In this document: piece by piece, positions 56,690-64,000 of the stretch
How the letters are laid out: each line of letters opens with the position of its first letter
How positions within the stretch are numbered: the first letter of the stretch is position 1
NCBI GenBank assembly: GCA_044224935.1
Contig: JBGAJL010000007.1
Span: 4,161-68,160, forward strand
Source: Flavitalea sp.
Lineage (GTDB): Bacteria; Bacteroidota; Bacteroidia; Chitinophagales; Chitinophagaceae
Direction of reading: 5' to 3'
Length of the DNA: 64,000 bases
Notes under the pieces: generated by a model
What the model saw: the letters and a program-made list of their open reading frames with translations, nothing else
Database searches by the model: none
Told to the model about the DNA's origin: nothing
Program-made: the position numbers and the translations under genes

Positions 56690-57658
56690 TTAAATCTTTT
56701 CAACACTTTCCTGTAAGCCCCTGAGATATCCTATTGCAAAAAGGCGCCCTAATTCACTGTAACCGGGCTCATCATTGCTTTCGCCTTCAAGTGTTGGCGT
56801 ATGATCAATCCGCACCGGTCCCTCAAAACCGATTTCCTTGTAGGCCTTTATGGCTTCATACATATCCGTTTGCCCGTCGTCATGAAAGGTTTCAACAAAA
56901 TTTTCCGCTGTTCCCCTCACATCCCTGAAATGAACAAAGAAAATTTTCTTTTGCTTCCCGAACTGCTGTATCACGGATGGAATATCCACACCTGTTGTAG
57001 CCAGGGTCCCCTGGCATAACGTGATTCCATTGTATGCACTCGGTACGAGATCGATAGCCTTCTGCAGCGCTTCTGCGCTGGTGATAATTCTCGATATGCC
57101 CTGTATGGGAGAAATCGGGGGATCATCCGGATGAAGGGCCAGTTTCACTTTATACTCTTCTGCCACAGGCACTATCTGCTCCATGAAATATTTGAGGTTA
57201 TCCCATAAACGCTGCTCTGTTACAAAACCTGCGTCTGTGAATGGTGCATTCTTCATCAGCGCATGATTGTAACTTGTAACCAGCGCCCCGCCGCGGGATA
57301 CCGTCGAAACGGAAGTTCTCATCCAATTGAACTGGGCCATGAAATTGTAGCATAAAACAGGGATTCCCAATATTCCCATGTTACGGATCAGCTTCTTGCA
57401 ATTTTCAATTTCTTCCTCCTTTCCGGTCACTCCCAGTTTTATTTTATGCATCTGCGCATTTAATCCCGGTTCAAGCACTTCAAGTGTAAAACCGAAATCA
57501 CTGAATTTCTCTTTAAGCGTCAGCAGGTCGTTATAATCCCACGAAGCTTCCCCGTTTTCCTTTGCAGGTAATCTCGAAACTGCATGTGTTACGCCAACCT
57601 GTTTGGCCAAATACCAAAGCCTGTGCCTCGACAGTGGCAATACATCGGCAATCTTCAT
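56690..57658 (-). CDS. Mannonate-dehydratase-family (UxuA-like) TIM-barrel protein, short form
   Basis: 322 aa. KLALHPDDPPISPIQGISRII...GITLCQGTL...IFFVHFRDV...DMYEAIKAYKEIGFEGPVRIDH...EPGYSELGRLFAIGYLRGL is collinear with the E. coli UxuA C-terminal two-thirds, as recalled (LAVHPDDPPRPILGLPRIV...FTMCTGSYG...IYFTHLRS...DMYEVVKAI...MRPDHGH...NPGYSAIGRLKGLAEVRGV). Confidence 0.7.
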   Translation of the reverse strand: MKIADVLPLSRHRLWYLAKQVGVTHAVSRLPAKENGEASWDYNDLLTLKEKFSDFGFTLEVLEPGLNAQMHKIKLGVTGKEEEIENCKKLIRNMGILGIPVLCYNFMAQFNWMRTSVSTVSRGGALVTSYNHALMKNAPFTDAGFVTEQRLWDNLKYFMEQIVPVAEEYKVKLALHPDDPPISPIQGISRIITSAEALQKAIDLVPSAYNGITLCQGTLATTGVDIPSVIQQFGKQKKIFFVHFRDVRGTAENFVETFHDDGQTDMYEAIKAYKEIGFEGPVRIDHTPTLEGESNDEPGYSELGRLFAIGYLRGLQESVEKI

Positions 57659-57699
57659 ATTGTGTATTTTAATTAGTTTAAATCCTCCTTATTCCCAGA

Positions 57700-59274
57700 T
57701 CAGAGTTCCTGCAATGCAATCTTCATCGATTGAATAAGCCTGGGACTGTAATGTTCAAGTCGGGCATATCCTCTCTTTATACGTTCAAATGCCGTATCAC
57801 CTTCGTCATCCACAGGATTTAAAGAATCCAGGGTTTTGTTCAACTGTGCGGAGCCGAGCTTCCTGAGCGCTTCATTCATTTTAGGCCAGTTCCACTGATT
57901 GCTGTAGCCATGTTTGACCTGCCATTTCTCCACGGAAACAATAAAATCCGATAAAGTTTTTTTTATCTGCTGCCGGTGAAATCCCGGCTCGTTCACTTTT
58001 TGTATGAAAGCCTGGAGAGTGTATGCAATGCGCAATTCATCAACCAGGTCTTCAACAAATCTTTTAGGATCGCCGAATAATAATCCTTTCAACGGACCGG
58101 TGACCAACCGCCCATTATTTAATTTTTCCAATTTGCCAATTGCCACCTGGACCTGTTTCAGGTTGCTGCTGTTCAGGGCCTCCCATCCTTCAACAATTAT
58201 TTTTCCCTTGCCAACAATCAGGTCGTCGGCAAAAGATATATAGTCCGATTTGCCGGCAGGCCTGCCCTGTGCAGCTCTTGCAAATGCAAAAGTGTTTGGC
58301 AGTTGCACACAATGCGTCTGGGCATTGCCGAACACGCCGCGCGCTGCCATATTTTTACCGCCTTTATACGCTGAACCGTTATCGCCCTCTTCATAAAGCG
58401 TAAAAGGAAATGTGGGCTCACCTTCAATTGCTCCATAGTTGATAGCCAGCCCGCGATCTTTCAGGCCCAGCGGTCCCAACAGGTCATTCACATTATAAAT
58501 ACTCGATCCCACGCCCCACGGTTCATAATGCTGTTTGGCAAGCAGACTGATCACTTCCCTGAAAACCTCCGGTTTATCTACTTCAAAAACACCTGTTGCA
58601 TAAAATTTTCCGTAAGCTTCCCATCCTGCATGCGCCCAATAATATAATTCGATGCCCGGACGGATGCGATCAAGCAATCTTCTGTATTGCCCCACCAGGT
58701 ACACAAAATCAAGATAGGTCGAGTTCGGCCATCCACCCGGATCGCTGTCGATGAGAGTAATTCCATCCGCCTTCTCCAAAATAGGCCGGTACAGCTTCTC
58801 CGTGCGATCCATAAACCTCGCCAAAGCAGCCGGGTCCGCAGGGTTTACGCGCTCATCCGTATGGAAAAAGGGCCTGTTCTCATACGTATATTTTTGCGCT
58901 TCACGGTTATCCTTGACCGTTATATTAGGACATATCGGGAAAAACACGCGCATATTAATGGAATGCGCAAAATCAATAACCTTCACCATCTTTTCCACGT
59001 ATGCAGAATCGCTGGGAGTTTGGGGAACAGGCATGGTCTCCATCACGGCCCAAATAAAAACAGTGTTGTATCCCAAAGCGGAAAGCCCCTCCAGGTAGCC
59101 TTTCCAATCCTCCAGCGTCCACGTCCGCGCAGAATAAGGATGGTTATAAGACCAGTGCTGATGCACATACATGCTGATTATCTTCTTCGATGATTGCTGA
59201 TTATTGCTCTGTGCCCGGATTGCCTGAAGACAGCCAATCAATAAAAATGAAACGAGGATAATATTTTTTTTCAT
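57700..59274 (-). CDS. Secreted hypothetical protein (possible TIM-barrel glycosidase; family unknown)
   Basis: 524-aa ORF with the signal peptide MKKNIILVSFLLIGCLQAIRAQ. It is tightly spaced within a same-strand gene string. The segment WTLEDWKGYLEGLSALGYNTVFIW is reminiscent of (beta/alpha)8 hydrolases. No family was recognised. Confidence 0.5.
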   Translation of the reverse strand: MKKNIILVSFLLIGCLQAIRAQSNNQQSSKKIISMYVHQHWSYNHPYSARTWTLEDWKGYLEGLSALGYNTVFIWAVMETMPVPQTPSDSAYVEKMVKVIDFAHSINMRVFFPICPNITVKDNREAQKYTYENRPFFHTDERVNPADPAALARFMDRTEKLYRPILEKADGITLIDSDPGGWPNSTYLDFVYLVGQYRRLLDRIRPGIELYYWAHAGWEAYGKFYATGVFEVDKPEVFREVISLLAKQHYEPWGVGSSIYNVNDLLGPLGLKDRGLAINYGAIEGEPTFPFTLYEEGDNGSAYKGGKNMAARGVFGNAQTHCVQLPNTFAFARAAQGRPAGKSDYISFADDLIVGKGKIIVEGWEALNSSNLKQVQVAIGKLEKLNNGRLVTGPLKGLLFGDPKRFVEDLVDELRIAYTLQAFIQKVNEPGFHRQQIKKTLSDFIVSVEKWQVKHGYSNQWNWPKMNEALRKLGSAQLNKTLDSLNPVDDEGDTAFERIKRGYARLEHYSPRLIQSMKIALQEL

Positions 59275-59327
59275 TATTATAACTTATAGATATGCTGATA
59301 TGTTAGCGGTTACCGATTCAATTATTG

Positions 59328-60692
59328 TCAGTGCCAGAATTCACTGATCTTTTCGAGGCTCAATCCTTTTGTTTCAGGAACAAATTTTAAAGAAAATACC
59401 AGGCACAGCGTGCAGATACCTGCAAAGAGCCAGTACACGCCTGCTGTGGAATCGTAATGTTTAGTAAACCAGTCGGTCATCACCGGGAAGAACTGCGCGG
59501 TGATAAAAGAAGCCAGGTATAAAAAAAAGCAAACCACACCAAGCGCCCTGGCCCTGATCCTGTTAGGGAAAATTTCCGATACGATGATCCAGCTCAGGGG
59601 CGCCAATCCGATTGTGAACGCTCCTGTTGAAATCAGCAGCGGTATTAAAGAAAACAAAGGAGGCCAATGCATATGGAGATTTATAGCCATAATTATATGA
59701 CCGAGTATCATAAATATGACGCTGCCGGCCAATAATCCTCTCCTTGAGAATCGCTTTATAAAATAAAACGCCAGGACAGTAGTGAACAGGATCAGTGAAT
59801 AAACAGGAATTGAGCTTAAGATAGCAGAAGAGCCAAAGCTGACCCCCACTTCTGTCATAATAGTCGGCGCATACAGCAGGATCATATTCACACCATTGAT
59901 CTGCGAAAATATCATCAGCACTATACCGATAAAAAGCGCGGTGCTGTTGCCAGCCTTAAACAGATCTTTAAAATCACCCTTGTTGTCTGCAGAGCGGATG
60001 AGCTCTTCTTCTATTTCTCTCAACTCATTTTCTGCATTCTTCTTTCCATTAACCTTTGTCAGAACGTCCAGCGCCGCTGCCGATCTTCCGCGCGCAGCCA
60101 GCCATCTCGGGCTCTCAGGAACCAGCAGCAACCCCAGCATCAGCAGCCCCACGGGGATAGCCTGTGAACCGAACATCCAGCGCCATCCCCAACCATCAAA
60201 TGAAAAAAAATACCCCACGATGACCGCAAGATTAATACCTATTACATTTGATAACTGGTTAACATTTACAAGCATACCCCTGAGATGCGGAGGTGACAAT
60301 TCAGCAATATAGATCGGTGAGGAAATCATCGCCAGGCCAATACCGATCCCTCCCATGAACCGCCATACCGAAAAATCCCATATTCCCATAGCAAATGCAC
60401 TTCCTACGGTAGATATCATAAAAAATACAGCAGCAAACATCATGGTTTTTCGCCGGCCAATCTTTTCGGTGAACCACATTCCGAAAAGTGGGCCCGTGAC
60501 CGATCCCAAAATCGCGCTGCTCACCGCAAACCCCTTAGTGAGCGGCGTTAAATGAAAATCTATTTCCAAAAATGGAAGTGCCCCTGCTATCACCACCAGG
60601 TCGAACCCAAACATGAAGCCGCCAAACGAAGCAATTAACACAATAAGATATGTAAACCTGGAAGCGCCGTTACCTATTTCTTTTTTTTGCAT
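59328..60692 (-). CDS. MFS sugar porter family transporter
   Basis: About 12 TM segments. Sugar-porter signatures GRRKTMM, PESPRWL, PVMTDWF...ETKG. The ATG at 60692 is preferred over the GTG at 60695. Confidence 0.9.
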   Translation of the reverse strand: MQKKEIGNGASRFTYLIVLIASFGGFMFGFDLVVIAGALPFLEIDFHLTPLTKGFAVSSAILGSVTGPLFGMWFTEKIGRRKTMMFAAVFFMISTVGSAFAMGIWDFSVWRFMGGIGIGLAMISSPIYIAELSPPHLRGMLVNVNQLSNVIGINLAVIVGYFFSFDGWGWRWMFGSQAIPVGLLMLGLLLVPESPRWLAARGRSAAALDVLTKVNGKKNAENELREIEEELIRSADNKGDFKDLFKAGNSTALFIGIVLMIFSQINGVNMILLYAPTIMTEVGVSFGSSAILSSIPVYSLILFTTVLAFYFIKRFSRRGLLAGSVIFMILGHIIMAINLHMHWPPLFSLIPLLISTGAFTIGLAPLSWIIVSEIFPNRIRARALGVVCFFLYLASFITAQFFPVMTDWFTKHYDSTAGVYWLFAGICTLCLVFSLKFVPETKGLSLEKISEFWH

Positions 60693-60823
60693 CACAAATA
60701 TTTAAACTTTTAAACTTCGTTTTTCATTCAGATAAAACTATTCAGAAAGATTTTCATTCCATGATGATATATTGACGAAGAATATAAAATGATTGGCAAC
60801 ATGGTATTAAATGAATTCAGGAT

Positions 60824-61645
60824 TCAGAATAATTTCATCAGGACAAAGCCACCCGGTCCCGGCTCGTCAAAGCCTCCCGTCACAAACACATGATCACCAT
60901 CTATAAACAGGTTGCTGGGACGGGGAAAATCCACCGGCAAGCTGTCTATACAGTCTCCATTCCTATCCAATACCTGGATAACCTGCATTCCATAATGTGC
61001 AACCCAAAGAGTATCATCGCCGGCTATTTTAATTCCATCCGGGAAATTAAAGCCAGGCTGCCGGGTATTTTCCGGCAGGTTGGCAAACACTTCACATTCA
61101 CCCGCACCTGCTCCCGGTCCCAACAAAGACAAACACAGTATCCTGTTTTTATAGCTCTCGGCAATAAATAATGTGCGTTCGTCTTTCGACAACGCTATTC
61201 CATTGGGAAAATCCATATTCCGGGCAACAACTTTCTGAACTCCATCCGAAGAATAATAATATACATAGCCATGATGCCGCACCGAGTCGGTGAAATAAAT
61301 ACCTCCGGACGAATCTGCAATAATATCATTAGGTGCGCTGATCTTTTCTCCTGCGCAATGATCCTTCACATCATATCCCAATAAATTCCCGGAGATATCA
61401 TAACGGCTGATGCTTGCATTACCTGCATCGCAAACAAGATGATGGCCGTTCGGCAAAATAACCTGTCCGTTGGGCCTGATACCTTTTCCCCATTCTGCCG
61501 CTTCATCATCATTGGCACCTATCCGCATAATGGCTCCTCCATTCAACGTGGTAAAAAAGAAAGCGCCCGAACTGTCTCTCGAAGGGCCCTCTGTATACCA
61601 GGGCAGTTCCCTGAATTGTTTTGACGCAACTTTTCTTTTTTTCAT
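60824..61645 (-). CDS. SMP-30 / gluconolactonase / LRE-family protein (lactonase candidate)
   Basis: 273 aa. Six-bladed-propeller-type repeats with PNDIIADSSGGIYFTD, FPNGIALS, FPDGIKIAGDDTLWVA. Its ATG overlaps the stop of the upstream gene (ATGA at 61642-61645). Confidence 0.8.
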   Translation of the reverse strand: MKKRKVASKQFRELPWYTEGPSRDSSGAFFFTTLNGGAIMRIGANDDEAAEWGKGIRPNGQVILPNGHHLVCDAGNASISRYDISGNLLGYDVKDHCAGEKISAPNDIIADSSGGIYFTDSVRHHGYVYYYSSDGVQKVVARNMDFPNGIALSKDERTLFIAESYKNRILCLSLLGPGAGAGECEVFANLPENTRQPGFNFPDGIKIAGDDTLWVAHYGMQVIQVLDRNGDCIDSLPVDFPRPSNLFIDGDHVFVTGGFDEPGPGGFVLMKLF

Positions 61646-63126
61646 AGTTTATTGTTGATAGTATCCAGCGGTTCAAAGGGAAACATAGGCCTCCTTATGT
61701 TCCGGTAGGTGAATCTTGTCATATCCGCCTGCGTTACGCCCGGTGTATCGGCCTGCAATACAATGGGGCAAACCTCGCCATATGCCGCAACGGGAGCATT
61801 CACACCTTTAGCCGTGAGCACATCAAATTCTCCGGGCTTTATTCCAAATGATAATAGCTGATTCAGGCTAAATGGGGCCAGCCTGACCGAATGGATCATC
61901 ACCGTGTTTCCTGCATCAGTATTCACGATAACCGTCGGACCCATGTCATAATTCACTTCACCGCCATGCCTGGGATTATCATCGCTGAATTTGCCATCCA
62001 CAACCGCAAGAAGCGTGACCTTCGTATGATAAGGTTTTCCCGTTTCATATTCTTTTCCAAACGACAAGTCGAATTCATCTCCTGTATGATAACATGCTGC
62101 AGCCTGCACAGCCGCAGGATCATGAATACATACAAAGGATTTAAACCGGCCGTCACGCTCCAGGGCATGCAGCAGAAAAACATTGTCACCGTTGGAGCCA
62201 CCGCCAACATTGTCTCCCATGTCCAACAGTAAAACGGGCTTGGGCAATGAAATTATTGCTGACAGTTGAGCTGCTAACGGTTCCTTATGCCCCACAAAAT
62301 CGGTATGATGCTTAAGCAATGTGTTCAAAAGTTTCTCTGCCGAACTGCGTGCAAGACTTATATCATTATTTGTAACAATTAAAAAAGAGGTGCCCATCTC
62401 CGCAACATCTGCGTAAGGAAATCCCAATAAAACGCTGGCGTTTAAAACAACCGGGTTCGCTGCAATATCCGTAGCCTTCTCAAATAATAATGTGCAGGGA
62501 TATTGACTGCTGTTTTGCTGCTCGATGCTGATTGCGACCGGAGCATGTGCGAGATATTGCACCGGCTGTATTCTTCCGCGCAATATATCTGTCAGCAGTT
62601 TCGCCGCACGTTTGCCGGTTTGCCGCTGGTCTATATGAGGGTTCGTTTGATAGGCCACCAGTACGTCGGTGGCATCCACCATTCGCTGGCTAAGATTCGC
62701 ATGAGGATCGAGCGTGCCTGCAATTGGCACGTGGGGTCCGACAATTTCGCGAACCCTGCTCAACCAGTGTCCATCCATATCCGGCTCTGTCTGCGCAACC
62801 GCGGCACCATGCGGCACCACCAGGCAACCATCAACCGGCATTGCATTCTTCAACATATCCATCATTTCATCCAGCAGCAGCCTGTACGCATTGTCTTCAA
62901 CCACACCGCCGGGTACAGCGGAAGCGAATAAAAGCGGGATCACTTCCACCTCTTCATCATTCATTACTTCCAGCATTCCGCCAATTTCATGATGGGCATC
63001 CCGGTATCGTTCTTTGATCGCCTCTCCACGCAGCAAACGCCCTCTCTTAAAATTTTCGAGGCTTGTCGTTTCTGTTATAAAAGTATTCGACTCATGATAA
63101 ATCCCCATCAAAGCTACCCGAAACAT
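61642..63126 (-). CDS. M81-family (MlrC-like) metallopeptidase/amidohydrolase
   Basis: 494 aa. The characteristic N-terminus is RVALMGIYHESNTF, followed by VPHGAAV and the two-domain MlrC length and pattern. Confidence 0.8.
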   Translation of the reverse strand: MFRVALMGIYHESNTFITETTSLENFKRGRLLRGEAIKERYRDAHHEIGGMLEVMNDEEVEVIPLLFASAVPGGVVEDNAYRLLLDEMMDMLKNAMPVDGCLVVPHGAAVAQTEPDMDGHWLSRVREIVGPHVPIAGTLDPHANLSQRMVDATDVLVAYQTNPHIDQRQTGKRAAKLLTDILRGRIQPVQYLAHAPVAISIEQQNSSQYPCTLLFEKATDIAANPVVLNASVLLGFPYADVAEMGTSFLIVTNNDISLARSSAEKLLNTLLKHHTDFVGHKEPLAAQLSAIISLPKPVLLLDMGDNVGGGSNGDNVFLLHALERDGRFKSFVCIHDPAAVQAAACYHTGDEFDLSFGKEYETGKPYHTKVTLLAVVDGKFSDDNPRHGGEVNYDMGPTVIVNTDAGNTVMIHSVRLAPFSLNQLLSFGIKPGEFDVLTAKGVNAPVAAYGEVCPIVLQADTPGVTQADMTRFTYRNIRRPMFPFEPLDTINNKL

Positions 63127-63259
63127 ATTATCCTGGTTTTAATGCAACAGTAATCGTATGCATACCGAAAATATCAACAAATCAAAACGACCGATATATA
63201 ATTATTGATATGAAATATCAGTATATTGACAAATTGATCCTATATGAAAGAAGGGAAAA

Positions 63260-64000
63260 TCAGTCATGATAAACATACATGTATTTATTCGACTCCTGCA
63301 CCCTGCGCTTGTATTGATAAGGGCTTTCTCCTGTGTATTCTTTAAAAACCTTGCAAAAATAAGAGTCAGAGTTATACCCACTTAAAAAAGCAATATCGGA
63401 AATAGGTTTATCATCCGAACGCAATAATTTACAGGCATGATCCATCCGGAGCTCAATGAGGTAATTGAAGAACGTTTTATTTGTCCGGCTCTTAAAGAAC
63501 CTGCAGAAAGAATGTTTCGACATGCAGGCAAGATCAGACACTTCTTCGAGAGTGATCTGATCATGAAGATTGTTTTCGATATACTTTAAAACAGCGATCA
63601 GGCGATCGGAATACTGTCCTCCTTTCAGGCTCTTCCCATTGTTGGCAATAATAAAGTCTTTCTCTTCGGTAACGGATATCAGATGAACGATCTCCAGTAA
63701 GCAAATGACTTTTTCAAATCCCTCCATGCGCTGCATTTTCAATAAATGCTCTCTTATGAGGTCGCGCGTTTTACCAAAAATATGAATGCCTTTTAAGGCC
63801 GTTTCAAGCATGTCCTGTATTTTAGACATTTCAGGAAAAAATGCAGCCATCTGGCTGAATATCTCCGGCCTGATGAACAGGGTGATCGCTTTTGAATGGG
63901 TATTGGAATATTTTAAATAATAAGCGGGCTCATTAAGCCAGGTGTGCGGCAGATCAGAACCGAGGAAAACCATATCGCCCGGACCGAAATCATCCACCTG
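63260..64000 (-). CDS. AraC-family transcriptional regulator (cupin + HTH), N-terminus outside the window; paralogue of the regulator at 3514-4380
   Basis: The frame is open to the window edge. GDMVFLGSDLPHTW matches DDLVLIGSNLPHCW of the first regulator. C-terminal AraC HTH: ITLEEVSDLACMSKHSFCRFFK...ISDIAFLSGYNSDSYFCKVFKE. Confidence 0.88.
   Translation of the reverse strand, partial: QVDDFGPGDMVFLGSDLPHTWLNEPAYYLKYSNTHSKAITLFIRPEIFSQMAAFFPEMSKIQDMLETALKGIHIFGKTRDLIREHLLKMQRMEGFEKVICLLEIVHLISVTEEKDFIIANNGKSLKGGQYSDRLIAVLKYIENNLHDQITLEEVSDLACMSKHSFCRFFKSRTNKTFFNYLIELRMDHACKLLRSDDKPISDIAFLSGYNSDSYFCKVFKEYTGESPYQYKRRVQESNKYMYVYHD

Noticed and set aside
1-64000. I searched for CRISPR arrays, tRNA/rRNA genes, IS elements, integrases, phage genes and classical defence systems.
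   Set aside because: The largest non-coding gap is about 308 bp. I saw no repeat-spacer periodicity, no cloverleaf-like or rRNA-like sequence, and no transposase, recombinase, restriction or toxin-antitoxin-like translations in any frame.

Overview
This 64-kb window is almost fully coding and comes from a Bacteroidota genome. The evidence for that origin is three SusC/SusD pairs, lipobox lipoproteins and TTTG/TAnnTTTG promoter grammar; the class is probably Chitinophagia- or Sphingobacteriia-like, but that is not determined. I recognise about 40 genes. I found no rRNA, tRNA, CRISPR array, transposase or integrase.

Layout:
- (i) 1-6.4 kb: AraC-linked catabolic cluster (MBL-fold hydrolase, RraA-like protein, PIG-L deacetylase, SSS symporter, ceramidase-like protein, RidA).
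- (ii) 6.6-23.0 kb: plus-strand PUL. It holds SusC/SusD, a DUF1735 + tachylectin-like lipoprotein, a Tat-exported DUF4091/GH123-like protein, two unclassified glycosidase-like proteins, a methyltransferase-like protein, a GH78-related protein and a GH78 rhamnosidase.
- (iii) 23.1-37.5 kb: convergent minus-strand operon. It mixes two more GH78 rhamnosidases (one fused to an unclassified module) with L-rhamnose uptake and catabolism genes (RhaT, FGGY kinase, xylose-isomerase-like isomerase, tandem class II aldolase), plus an esterase and a PLP enzyme. It is divergent from a GntR-HTH/sugar-binding regulator.
- (iv) 38.7-44.9 kb: second SusCD pair plus an SGNH esterase.
- (v) 45.1-46.9 kb: a secreted cholesterol-dependent-cytolysin-like (CDCL) pore-forming protein with a non-canonical C-terminal domain.
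- (vi) 46.9-53.9 kb: third SusCD pair (a close paralogue of the first, in mirror orientation), an SGNH esterase and a frameshifted Tat-signal beta-helix gene.
- (vii) 54.2-64 kb: second AraC-linked catabolic cluster (MlrC-like, SMP-30 lactonase, MFS sugar porter, unknown secreted protein, UxuA-like dehydratase, class III aminotransferase, glycerate kinase).

Most notable observations:
- the orphan CDCL toxin-like gene wedged between PULs;
- a Rosetta-stone fusion of an unclassified glycosidase-like family to GH78;
- a candidate ~80-nt cis-antisense sRNA (consensus promoter plus canonical terminator) opposite the leader of the first susC;
- a duplicated class II aldolase whose second half has lost all catalytic residues.

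All functional calls are by-eye motif and family recognition. No searches were run.
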